Assembly (NCBI GenBank): GCA_016180525.1 | Contig: JACPBB010000002.1 | Location: 48,824 to 112,823, forward strand | Direction of reading: 5' to 3' | From: Parcubacteria group bacterium | GTDB taxonomy: Bacteria > Patescibacteriota > Minisyncoccia > Phycocordibacterales > UBA2135 | DNA length: 64,000 nucleotides | Shown here: positions 55,441-64,000 of the stretch, piece after piece | How the letters are laid out: every line of letters starts with the position of its first letter | Numbering within the stretch: the first letter of the stretch is position 1 | Made by a program: the position numbers and the translations under genes | Notes under the pieces: model-generated | Database searches by the model: none | What the model saw: the letters and a program-made list of their open reading frames with translations, nothing else | Told to the model about the DNA's origin: nothing

Positions 55441-56796
55441 TTAAAACATTGAACGAATTCTTTCAACCTCCTGAACGAGCATATTGTTTTCTTTTAGGTT
55501 GTTTCTGATTTTTTCACACGAATGTATAACGGTTGTGTGATCTCTTCCTCCCATTTTTTGTCCAATAGTTGGATAAGAAATATTAAAATCTTCCCGCAAA
55601 ATATACATAATTATCTGGCGAGGCTTAACAATTTCTTTACGCCTGGTTTTCTTATAAATATGATCTCGTTCTACATTGTAAAAATCAGAGACCACACGCA
55701 CCACATCATCAACGGAAAGCATTTTTTTAGGGCGTTCATTGTGTTTTATAAGAGACTTAATTTCTTGAATGGATAATTCTCTGTTTTTTAATTGAACTTG
55801 GCAGATAATCATATTTAATATTCCTTCTAATTCTCTGATACTGCTTTGCGTGGCAGAAGAAACATACTCAATAATTTCATCCGGCAATTCAAAATTTGCC
55901 TGCTTTGATTTTGATTTGAGGATAACCACTTTTGACTCAAAATCAGGCTCCATAATATCAACGATCATTCCCTGCCCAAGTCTAGATTTAAGGCGCTCCT
56001 CAAGTTCTGCGTAGTTGTAGTGTCTATCAGCGGAAAATATCATTTGTTTATTGTTGTTGTACAACGTATTAAACAAATGGAAAAATTCATCCTGTGTTCC
56101 GCCTTTTCCTTCAAAATAATGTATATCGTCCATTATGAGCACGTCATATTTACGGTATTTTTCCTTAAAAATACTTATTTTATTCATTTGCACTGAGTTT
56201 ATATAGTCAAGATAAAACTTTTCGGCAGTGAGATAATACACCTTTTTATTTTCATGAGCCTGTTTTATGCCATTCCCGACAGCTTGCATAAGATGTGTTT
56301 TACCAAGGCCAGTTTTCCCATAAATAAATAAGGGATTATAGGCATCGCCTGGCTTTTTCATGACCGATTGAGCAGCTGCATAGGCAATCTCGTTAAAGGG
56401 GCCTACCACAAAAGACTCAAAACCATATCGAGGGTTTAAATTATCTTCTTTATTTATATAAAGGTCTTTAAGAGGCAGTTCTCCGGCATAGGCTGGAGCT
56501 TTTTCCTCTAATTGTACGGCCTCTTTTACCTCTCGTGGCTCATTTTTTGTGATGATATACTCAATACTCCGCACGCCCTCGTTTAAATTCCGCAGAGAGC
56601 GCAGTATAGACTTATGATACTTATTGGAAAGCCACTCTCGCGCGAATCCATTGGGAACACCCAAAAAAATGATTCCATTTTCCTGCTTTACAATATAGGT
56701 GTTTTTAAACCATGTACTAAAATTTGCTTTGGAAACGCCTATCTCGAGGTCGCTGAGTACATTTTCCCAAAGTTGTTTGTTGTCCATAGTGAGCAC
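55441..56796 (-). CDS. dnaA: chromosomal replication initiator protein DnaA
   Basis: Walker A GKTGLGKTHL. AAA+ motifs. C-terminal DNA-binding domain (GGRDHTTV). Confidence 0.9.
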   Translation of the reverse strand: MLTMDNKQLWENVLSDLEIGVSKANFSTWFKNTYIVKQENGIIFLGVPNGFAREWLSNKYHKSILRSLRNLNEGVRSIEYIITKNEPREVKEAVQLEEKAPAYAGELPLKDLYINKEDNLNPRYGFESFVVGPFNEIAYAAAQSVMKKPGDAYNPLFIYGKTGLGKTHLMQAVGNGIKQAHENKKVYYLTAEKFYLDYINSVQMNKISIFKEKYRKYDVLIMDDIHYFEGKGGTQDEFFHLFNTLYNNNKQMIFSADRHYNYAELEERLKSRLGQGMIVDIMEPDFESKVVILKSKSKQANFELPDEIIEYVSSATQSSIRELEGILNMIICQVQLKNRELSIQEIKSLIKHNERPKKMLSVDDVVRVVSDFYNVERDHIYKKTRRKEIVKPRQIIMYILREDFNISYPTIGQKMGGRDHTTVIHSCEKIRNNLKENNMLVQEVERIRSMF

Positions 56797-57080
56797 GTTT
56801 TAAAGAGATTCTTATTTATTATTTATTAATTATATATGACTTGAAATTACTGCAAACTTGTTAAATTGGTTGCAGTGTGTTGATAATATGTGGAAAATGG
56901 TGATAAAAAAATTTGACTTTTAAATTTTTTGATAGAAATTAAAACAGGGCGTATTTTATAAATAAATCAAAAAAATTTTGATGCATTGATGCGCTCGTAT
57001 ATTAAATTTTTTTAATGCGAACCTTGTCCAAGGCGGGCGGGGGTTTACTAACATCACCTTTTGGTATACACTACCTGTTA

Positions 57081-57218
57081 ATGTCTAAAACATATCAACC
57101 CAAGAGGAAAAAAAGAAAAACAACGCATGGTTTTCTTGTTCGAAGAAAAACTGCCGGCGGAAGAAATATATTGAAGCGAAGAATGAGAAAAGGAAGGAGA
57201 CGTCTAACTGTTAAGTGA
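57081..57218 (+). CDS. rpmH: 50S ribosomal protein L34
   Basis: [29 protein letters not shown] matches L34. Confidence 0.8.
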   Translation: MSKTYQPKRKKRKTTHGFLVRRKTAGGRNILKRRMRKGRRRLTVK

Positions 57219-57320
57219 ATATAACACGAAATGTTCGAAAAACATTCGAAATCTATGAAAATATAATGTTTTTAATTTCATAATTTCGCATATGATTTTT
57301 TAGTTCCGCATTATTGTTTT

Positions 57321-57671
57321 GTGCTAAAAAAAAATCAAAAAATAAAACGGAAAGAATTTCTTGACGTTATGGCGCGAGGAAAAATATTTCACTCCCAGCA
57401 CCTCTCTTTGAGGGTTTCTAAAAAAGAAACTCAAAAAAATAATTCTCCCAAAATTTCTTTTGTTGTATCCGCCAAAGTCGCGCGAAAAGCAGTCGATAGA
57501 AATAAATTAAAACGAAGAGGATATATCATTGTTCGCGCGTTGCTCAAAAACATAAAGCAAAATTATTTTTTTGCTTTTTTCTTTAAAAAAGATTCTACTA
57601 CGCTTTTATTTGAAGAAATAAAAAAAGAAATTATTTTTTTATTAAGGCGTGCGGATGTTTTGTATGACTAA
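57321..57671 (+). CDS. rnpA: ribonuclease P protein component
   Basis: Basic protein directly downstream of rpmH. RnpA-like KLKRR motif. Confidence 0.8.
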   Translation: MLKKNQKIKRKEFLDVMARGKIFHSQHLSLRVSKKETQKNNSPKISFVVSAKVARKAVDRNKLKRRGYIIVRALLKNIKQNYFFAFFFKKDSTTLLFEEIKKEIIFLLRRADVLYD

Positions 57672-57888
57672 AAAAATTGCAACATTTTTAATAACTTTTT
57701 ATCAAAAATTTTTTTCTCCCGACACAGGAATTACTGGAAGGAGAAATATTTGCGTTCTTTACCCAACTTGTTCTGAATATGCCAAAATCGCCATTGAAAA
57801 ATATGGGTTTATTAAGGGCGTAGTAAAATCAGTAGCACGCATTTTTCGGTGTCATCCGTGGCAGAAAAATCATATAGATGTACCGTAA
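57649..57888 (+). CDS. yidD: membrane protein insertion efficiency factor YidD
   Basis: YQKFFSP...CxxxPTCSEYA...GxxxRxxRCHPW motif. Confidence 0.8.
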   Translation: MRMFCMTKKIATFLITFYQKFFSPDTGITGRRNICVLYPTCSEYAKIAIEKYGFIKGVVKSVARIFRCHPWQKNHIDVP

Positions 57889-58011
57889 AACATATAACGT
57901 AAAACGCAAAATGTGGATTATAAAACCTGAAGTATAAATTGCAAAAATTCTTGAGTTATACGCCTTACGTTATGTGTTGCGCGTATTGTGTAAATCCCGT
58001 ACAATACGAGG

Positions 58012-58776
58012 ATGATTGCCGATATTTTTAATACGATTCTCTATGAACCCCTCTTAAACGGGTTGATTTTTTTAGTGGGCGTTATTCCTTATGGAGATGT
58101 CGGATTTGCCGTCATAATTCTTACGCTTTTGGTAAAAATTATTCTCTTCCCCCTTTCTCATAAATCAGTTAAAACACAGCGGAAAATGAAAGAGGTTGAG
58201 CCTGAAATTAAAAAAATAAAAGAAAAATATAGCAAAGACAAACAAGAACAGGCAAAAAAGGTAATGGAACTATACAAACAGCACAGCCTTAATCCTTTTT
58301 CTGGATGTTTATTTTTTGCCATACAGATGCCTATCATTATTGCTCTCTATTGGGTTTTCTGGAAAGGACTTACAAACGGCATCAACGCGGATCTTTTGTA
58401 TTCATTCATAACAGTTCCTGAATCAGTGCACTTTAACTTCTTGGGGTTTATCGATATGACCGGGCGTAGTTACTTTTTGGCGGCGTTTGCGGGCATCTCT
58501 CAATATATTCAACTCCAACTCTCTCTTCCTGCAACTCCGGTGTCATCGCTTAAGGCGGGGGGCTCGTTTAAAGATGAATTTGCAAGAAATTTTACGTTTC
58601 AGATGAGGTACGTGTTTCCTGTCTTTGTGTTTATAATTTCATATACGATTTCTTCCGCAGTTGCCTTATATTGGGCAGTATCAAACATCTTCATGATAGG
58701 GCATGAGCTTTTGGTGCGGCGGAAAGCAAGGGCTATCGCCAGCAATCCGGATACTCCGAATAAAATATCCGAATAA
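58012..58776 (+). CDS. yidC: membrane protein insertase YidC (short form)
   Basis: Five-TM core with conserved YidC helices. Operon position. Confidence 0.85.
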   Translation: MIADIFNTILYEPLLNGLIFLVGVIPYGDVGFAVIILTLLVKIILFPLSHKSVKTQRKMKEVEPEIKKIKEKYSKDKQEQAKKVMELYKQHSLNPFSGCLFFAIQMPIIIALYWVFWKGLTNGINADLLYSFITVPESVHFNFLGFIDMTGRSYFLAAFAGISQYIQLQLSLPATPVSSLKAGGSFKDEFARNFTFQMRYVFPVFVFIISYTISSAVALYWAVSNIFMIGHELLVRRKARAIASNPDTPNKISE

Positions 58777-58866
58777 CTCGAATAGAGTTGCTACCGCTTG
58801 ATTTTATCTCTCAATCAGGTATATTCGGAGTATTCGGATACTCATTCATATATTCTGATTATTATC

Positions 58867-59358
58867 ATGGAAACCGCATTTATACAAAAAACAATAGAAG
58901 ACATATTGAGGTGCCTTTCTGTTGACGCCACGTTTTCGGGCATTGTTGAAATAAACAACGGAGATATTATAAAATTTTCAATTAAAACAAAAGAGCCCTA
59001 TATTTTGATAGGAGATGAGGGTAAAGTACTCATGGCTTTTAATCATTTGATTAAAAAGATTTTTGAGACTCAGTCCGTGAAACAAAATTTTAAACCACTT
59101 AATTTTATTGTGGATATTAATGATTATCAGGAGCAGAAAATTGAAGATATAAAAAATAAAGCTCGCATGATGGCGGAGCGAGCGCGCTTTTTTAAAAACA
59201 ATGTTGAGCTACCTGCCATGAATCCGTATGAACGAATGATTGTGCATTCGTTTTTCACGAATACGCCCGATATAGAAACTGAATCAACCGGCACAGGCCT
59301 CGAGCGCCGCGTCGTGATTAAATATGTAGGAACAACAGAAGAGGCTCTAGGAAACTAG
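58867..59358 (+). CDS. Jag/KhpB-like RNA-binding protein (KH/R3H domain)
   Basis: C-terminal R3H-like MIVHSFF...GTGLERRVVIKYV. Position after yidC. Confidence 0.7.
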   Translation: METAFIQKTIEDILRCLSVDATFSGIVEINNGDIIKFSIKTKEPYILIGDEGKVLMAFNHLIKKIFETQSVKQNFKPLNFIVDINDYQEQKIEDIKNKARMMAERARFFKNNVELPAMNPYERMIVHSFFTNTPDIETESTGTGLERRVVIKYVGTTEEALGN

Positions 59359-59410
59359 GCTTTAGGCGTTAGGAAAAATTAAAAAACCCTAAAGCCTAGA
59401 GCCTGACGCC
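59359..59410. repeat. TTAGGCG-type palindromic intergenic element
   Basis: ctaggctttaggcgttagg...cctaaagcctagagcctgacgcctaaggcctaa. Lies between convergent genes. Confidence 0.5.
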
Positions 59411-60645
59411 TAAGGCCTAATTTTCAGGCTCCACAACGAGGAGTCTTTTTTGTTTCTGAAGATAAGGAGTGTTTCATCTAGAGAAAGCTCCGGATCAATG
59501 AGGTCAATCTCTGTTCGGGCGTCGTCTTCCGGAATCGCGAGAATGTTTAATGCGCCCGTTTCCGTATTTATTTTCCATATTGTGTCGGAGAAGGAAACTT
59601 TTCCTTGGTACCAAAAGTCAGGGTAGTCTCCTGTTTCAACTGAACGCGGCGCTCCACAGAAAAGCGTTACGTCATCCTTACTCCACGCACACTTTTCAGG
59701 AAGAGTTGTAATGGGGAATGCGGTTATCCCCCGCGTTCCTGTTCTGTGGAGAAATGTTTCAAAAGAATCGCTCGCACTTGCCGAAAAAATGACTTTGCTT
59801 TTATCATGTGAAACAAGTGCGGTTAACCCGGGGACATCTCCGAGCAGTTTACTCAAAACCCCAGTTTTACTATTAAGAGTGTACAAAAAACCTCTTACTA
59901 ACGCGGATGGCTTTGGAAGAAGAGTAATGGTGTTTGTGTCTACCCACTTCGGGATCCAGCCAACTATTGCAGATTCAAAAATTTGCTTTTTACTGCTCCC
60001 ATCAATTTTTGATATTGTTCCTATTGCTGCGTTTCCAAGAGAGAGAATATAAAACAAGTCTTGTCCGCTCGGAGAGATGGAGAGATTGTGAATATTGTCT
60101 GGAAGAAATGTTCCATTTAATGCTCCGTTGCTTCCCGTTGTTGTTGAAATTGCGATATTCGCCGCAACTGTTTTTATCGCGTTATTGTTTTCAAGATATT
60201 GAAATATGAGGTTTTCTCCACTTGCCCCCCACAGTATTTTTTGGATTCCCGGGACGGTTGTATTTGAAATCCTTTCCGCGCGCGCTCCACCCGACCCTAT
60301 TTCATAAACATGCCCTGTTTGTTTTTCTATATATCGTATAAAAGTTTTACCGTCTTTTTCAAAGACGACTGCCCCCGCGACGGGGCGAGAAGATATTTGC
60401 CGAAGACCACCCTTAAGGGGTTCTGCCGCTTCTTGTTTTTCTCCATCTCTGCTTATAGATGGTATTGTGGGGGCACCACCGGTGTCCCGAGAAGACCCTC
60501 CTCCAAAAGGAGAGATTTTGCTCGTTGTTAAGGGTTCTACACCTGGAATCTTGCCTTGCTGTATTAAAATAAATCCTCCCACAAAGAGCGCAATACCGAG
60601 CACGGCGAGAATCCCTATTGTTATGTAAATTGTTTTTTGGTGCAT
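59410..60645 (-). CDS. membrane-anchored hypothetical protein (beta-rich, possibly propeller)
   Basis: N-terminal TM segment. No confident family. Confidence 0.5.
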   Translation of the reverse strand: MHQKTIYITIGILAVLGIALFVGGFILIQQGKIPGVEPLTTSKISPFGGGSSRDTGGAPTIPSISRDGEKQEAAEPLKGGLRQISSRPVAGAVVFEKDGKTFIRYIEKQTGHVYEIGSGGARAERISNTTVPGIQKILWGASGENLIFQYLENNNAIKTVAANIAISTTTGSNGALNGTFLPDNIHNLSISPSGQDLFYILSLGNAAIGTISKIDGSSKKQIFESAIVGWIPKWVDTNTITLLPKPSALVRGFLYTLNSKTGVLSKLLGDVPGLTALVSHDKSKVIFSASASDSFETFLHRTGTRGITAFPITTLPEKCAWSKDDVTLFCGAPRSVETGDYPDFWYQGKVSFSDTIWKINTETGALNILAIPEDDARTEIDLIDPELSLDETLLIFRNKKDSSLWSLKIRP

Positions 60646-60648
60646 GTT

Positions 60649-61392
60649 TTATTGTTTGACTTCACACACATAAGTGCCTGCAAAGTTTTGAGCAGTTCTT
60701 AAATATGAATAAGAAAATTCCCCTCCCTGTTTACTGCATACAATTCCAGCGGCCTTAACTTGTTCACCACTTACGTTTCCGGTTACGACTGCTTCAAAGT
60801 ATTTTCCTGTTTTGGGATCAAAATTAGTATATTTTAAAACATTTTCTTTTCTCCCGAGTAAGTCTTTGCCCGTAACGCTTGTTCCTGTTTTTGCGGCATT
60901 TTCTGCCTCTTTGACTGATGGTAGCGGAACTGTGGTTACATTTCTTGTCTCCGGAGAAAATTTAAATACCACCAAATCGGGGTTTATAGTTTCAAGCAAA
61001 AGATACCCGCCAAACGCTATGGCAAGTCCGAAAATCGCCATAGTAATTTTATTTTTCGCGTCCTCTTTTTTCGTAAACGCGTCGCTTCCCATGTATTCTA
61101 TCCCAGCAATAACAATAACAAGGACCGCAAGAACAATAGCAAGGCCGATACCCAAGAAAATAAGATTTTCAAGATACCCGATTGCGTTTGTTGTACCAAT
61201 TCCTTGCTGTCCCGGAAGTGAGGTAAGCGAAGTGTAGGAAACCTGAGCCACTTGCTCGTCACTTGCCACAGCAGCGGCATTTTGCTGGCCAGATTCATTC
61301 CATGCATATAGGCCGCCAATCATAATAAGCATTGTGGCGGTAACAATAAGAGGATGTTTTTTTTCTTGGACGAGTTTTAAAATTTTTTCCAT
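60649..61392 (-). CDS. hypothetical membrane protein with TrbC/VirB2-like two-helix pilin-like segment (tentative)
   Basis: Two long hydrophobic helices separated by a short polar loop (LIFLGIGLAIVLAVLVIVIAGIEY...ITMAIFGLAIAFGGYLLL). Adjacent to a VirB4-like ATPase. Confidence 0.45.
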   Translation of the reverse strand: MEKILKLVQEKKHPLIVTATMLIMIGGLYAWNESGQQNAAAVASDEQVAQVSYTSLTSLPGQQGIGTTNAIGYLENLIFLGIGLAIVLAVLVIVIAGIEYMGSDAFTKKEDAKNKITMAIFGLAIAFGGYLLLETINPDLVVFKFSPETRNVTTVPLPSVKEAENAAKTGTSVTGKDLLGRKENVLKYTNFDPKTGKYFEAVVTGNVSGEQVKAAGIVCSKQGGEFSYSYLRTAQNFAGTYVCEVKQ

Positions 61393-61436
61393 ATAATTTT
61401 TTTCTAAATCCTAATACCCAATATCTAGAGCCTAAT

Positions 61437-62423
61437 CTAAAACCTTATAATTAATTCTGCCGCTGCCTCCTGAAGAATGTTTATTGCATTTTTTATTTCA
61501 AGAGCAACTTGTGCAATGCCTCCCGCGGTATCTCGTTTAAGCGTTATCTCGTTAATTTTTTCAGAAGATTCAACCGAATTGCTGTTCAGGGACCATCCAA
61601 AATTCACCTTCCGCGAAGCGAAGTCTTCTCCCGAGAAAAAATAAGGCTCCGCGCGAAGCGTTATCTCTTCTTGCGAAAGATTTAGCTGTGGTCCAAGCGC
61701 GTTGTCGTATTTGATTCCCTCTGTCGGATGTTTTTCATAAAAAATTATTTCAGGATTTCTTGACTCAATAACAACTGCGCTTCGCGCTTTGTATATTCCA
61801 TCTTGAGACGAAACAGAAACAGAAATATTGCTTGTTTGAAATAGTCCGGGGGCCGTAATAAAAATACTTTCTTTCCCCGTGCCAGAGAAGGACCCTAAAA
61901 CTCTTCTGTCCTGTTGCCAGGTATATATAAGACTATTTGAAGATATTTTCTTTCCGTTTTCAGAAATAAAATGTGGTATTGCCGCTATTTTTATTCTGCT
62001 TTTTGAGCTCGCGAGAGACTTTCCTTTATAAAACGGCGGAGCGTAAGTAAACGCTTCCCAAACAAGGTCAACTTCCGCGGGGTGCACTTCAAAATTTCGT
62101 TCAATGATTTCGTTTTCTGTATTTATTGTAATTTGAACCATAGACACAGAGCCCAACTCGCCTGTTTTAAAGGTGAATGTTGTTTTGCCGACACCATCCT
62201 GTTCCAATTTGTTATTTAGTCGCCAAGAGATACGCGCGGTATTTAAATTGATAGAAAAACTCTCTAATGCTACCAAAACATCTTCATAGGCACGGGGCTC
62301 CCCAGGGGTGATGCTTATGTTTATAGACGGTGCTATTTGAGCGTGCGCAGTAAAACCAGCAATTAAGAAAAATACTGAAATAATTGCTATTTGGGATGCT
62401 GTTTTTTTGATAAAAGATGTCAT
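61437..62423 (-). CDS. secreted hypothetical protein
   Basis: Signal peptide MTSFIKKTASQIAIISVFFLIAGFTAHAQ. Confidence 0.5.
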   Translation of the reverse strand: MTSFIKKTASQIAIISVFFLIAGFTAHAQIAPSINISITPGEPRAYEDVLVALESFSINLNTARISWRLNNKLEQDGVGKTTFTFKTGELGSVSMVQITINTENEIIERNFEVHPAEVDLVWEAFTYAPPFYKGKSLASSKSRIKIAAIPHFISENGKKISSNSLIYTWQQDRRVLGSFSGTGKESIFITAPGLFQTSNISVSVSSQDGIYKARSAVVIESRNPEIIFYEKHPTEGIKYDNALGPQLNLSQEEITLRAEPYFFSGEDFASRKVNFGWSLNSNSVESSEKINEITLKRDTAGGIAQVALEIKNAINILQEAAAELIIRF

Positions 62424-62424
62424 G

Positions 62425-62517
62425 ATTTAGGCGCTAGGCCTTAGGCGTTAGGCGTTAGGCGTTAGGATTTAATTTATTTTTCTAGAGCCTAACGCCTAAT
62501 GCCTAAAGCCTTATTAA
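62425..62517. repeat. (TTAGGCG)n / (CGCCTAA)n inverted tandem-heptamer palindromic element
   Basis: ttaggcgctaggccttaggcgttaggcgttaggcgttagg...ctagagcctaacgcctaatgcctaaagcc. Confidence 0.55.
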
Positions 62518-63999
62518 TTATACCCCACTCTGTCTGTTTTGAGGCAACTCAACTCTGTTCGGTGCAGACCCGCCTTGACTCGTCGGCGAGGCAGGCGTCT
62601 CACCCTGTAAAATTTCTTTGTCTCGCTTTGCTTTCTTAATGGCTAAAATTTCAGATGGTTTTGAGGTTATGAGCTGGTCTTCAGTGTAGGATGCGATTAC
62701 TTTGAGGGCTACGTGTTTTAGCCCTGCAAAAAATATCCCCTCTCCCACATCGGACTCAAGCAAGAGATATTTTTCCTCATCGGTTAAGTTGAACGTTTTC
62801 TGAATCAGGTCAATTGCCGTCGGCGACTGTTTAAAAAGAATTTGAATCGCAGAGTTTGTAAGCATCGCGTTTCCATATGAAGAACGGAGAAAATCCCCCA
62901 CATCTTGGGTAATAGTTGCAAGCCCAAGATAATATTTGCGGCCTCGTTTTGCCATACTGAAAAGAAACGAGGCCGTATCGTCTGCTTTCATCATCCACCA
63001 CGCCTCATCAATCACTAGCAGTCGTTTTTTAAGGTTTTTTCGTACTGCGTTCCAAATAAAATGAGTAATAATGTACATTGCAACCGGCTTTAGCTCGTCC
63101 TCCATGTCGCGAACGGAAAAGACGACGAATTTTTTATTTATATCAACGTTGGTCGGTCTGTTGATAAACCCGGACCATGTGCCCTTGGTATATTTGGAAA
63201 GTTTTTGTGATAGTGTTCCGCCCCCCTCCATGCCGGCAAGCACAAGCTCAAAATCAGAAAGGAGCGGCGGCTCTATATTACTAAAATTAGAATCGGGCGT
63301 AATGTCTTTTAGGGCATATGTTTCGGAAATCGCACGGTCTATAATAGCGTCTTCCTCTGGAGTGAGCCCGTTAAGCATTACTCTGAAGAGACCAACGAGA
63401 TTTACAATATTTGAACGCAGCACATCTGCCGGTGACTCATCTTCTCCGACTGGAGGCAAATCAAACGGATTAATATGGTGCTCGGAAGTGAGAGAAATAT
63501 TGAAATATCGTCCGTCTGCCGCTTCCGTCAGGTACTCATATTCTTTTTCCGGATCAATAACGATTACATCTGTGTCAAACATAAGGCTTCTCAGTATTTC
63601 AAGTTTAGTTGCATAAGATTTTCCTGCGCCGGAAGTCGCGAACATGACAGAGTTGTAGTTTTCCATTGAAAATCGGTCAAATAGAATTAAGCTTGAATTG
63701 TGGCGGTTTACTCCATAAAGGATTCCACGGTCAGAAGTAAGGTCAAATGACACAAACGGGAAGAAACTTGAAAGCGGAGAGGAATTGAGTTTGGAATGCG
63801 TTTTAAGCTGGTCGTCTGCTATGGGGAGCACGCTTTTGAACCCCTCTTCTTGCTGGAAGAGTGCTGGCCGGATATATATTAATTTTGATTCAAGTATTGA
63901 TTTAATTTCTGACTCTATTTTATCGAGCTCTTTTTCATTATCCGCGTATATACTGAGGTACAAGCCGACATCAAAGAGCTTTTCCCGCGCTTGCTGCAA
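62518..63999 (-). CDS. VirB4/TrbE/TraC-like type IV secretion ATPase, C-terminal portion (N-terminus beyond window end)
   Basis: Walker A FATSGAGKSY, a DEAW Walker B region, and a conserved C-terminal TQ...D region. The ORF is open to the window edge. Confidence 0.75.
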   Translation of the reverse strand: MQQAREKLFDVGLYLSIYADNEKELDKIESEIKSILESKLIYIRPALFQQEEGFKSVLPIADDQLKTHSKLNSSPLSSFFPFVSFDLTSDRGILYGVNRHNSSLILFDRFSMENYNSVMFATSGAGKSYATKLEILRSLMFDTDVIVIDPEKEYEYLTEAADGRYFNISLTSEHHINPFDLPPVGEDESPADVLRSNIVNLVGLFRVMLNGLTPEEDAIIDRAISETYALKDITPDSNFSNIEPPLLSDFELVLAGMEGGGTLSQKLSKYTKGTWSGFINRPTNVDINKKFVVFSVRDMEDELKPVAMYIITHFIWNAVRKNLKKRLLVIDEAWWMMKADDTASFLFSMAKRGRKYYLGLATITQDVGDFLRSSYGNAMLTNSAIQILFKQSPTAIDLIQKTFNLTDEEKYLLLESDVGEGIFFAGLKHVALKVIASYTEDQLITSKPSEILAIKKAKRDKEILQGETPASPTSQGGSAPNRVELPQNRQSGV

Positions 64000-64000
64000 C

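Overview
This is an AT-rich bacterial chromosomal segment with compact, mostly co-directional genes and no obvious rRNA. Its content resembles a streamlined low-GC lineage, possibly a CPR/Patescibacteria-like organism; that placement is inference only.

Housekeeping content:
- Replication-origin neighbourhood: rpmH-rnpA-yidD-yidC-jag, with dnaA and dnaN.
- Repair and replication genes: ruvA, ruvB, ruvC, ruvX, yebC, polA, holA, tsaE.
- Other core genes: tyrS, PBP1A, rplS, rpsT, uppS, rluA, acyP, a CDF transporter and a Mur ligase.
- A prkA-yeaH-spoVR stress-kinase operon in which yeaH is split by a frameshift in an A8 tract.
- Type IV pilus genes (pilM/N/O-like, pilB).
- Partial type IV secretion (conjugation-like) module at the 3' end (VirB4-like ATPase, candidate pilin).
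- Seven tRNAs read by eye: His-GTG, Leu-GAG, Val-TAC, Arg-TCT, Ser-TGA, Arg-GCG, Lys-TTT.
- A candidate RNase P RNA.

Most striking is an 8.4 kb co-directional, translationally coupled cluster at 24176-32596:
- YcaO cyclodehydratase ending in the PxPxP motif.
- SagB-type dehydrogenase.
- SAM methyltransferase.
- DegT-family aminotransferase.
- A 1082-aa fusion protein (PRTase-like, PQQ beta-propeller, AMMECR1, alpha/alpha-toroid).
- Asp/Asn beta-hydroxylase.

This looks like a TOMM/RiPP-like biosynthetic system with an unprecedented accessory architecture. Immediately upstream are paralogous membrane-anchored proteins with Gly/Cys/Ser-rich segments, plus two tiny tandem ORFs with a duplicated 22-bp leader.

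Other notable features:
- Homologous about 150-bp elements downstream of tRNA-Leu and tRNA-Arg, each ending in a duplicate of the cognate tRNA 3' end.
- A conserved 13-bp-arm inverted repeat fused to a leaderless promoter-like motif in front of pilB and a small membrane protein.
- A family of palindromic elements built from TTAGGCG heptamers.
- Several single-gene GC-rich islets encoding secreted or lipoproteins (likely horizontal acquisitions).
- An upstream ORF mimicking the YebC N-terminus.
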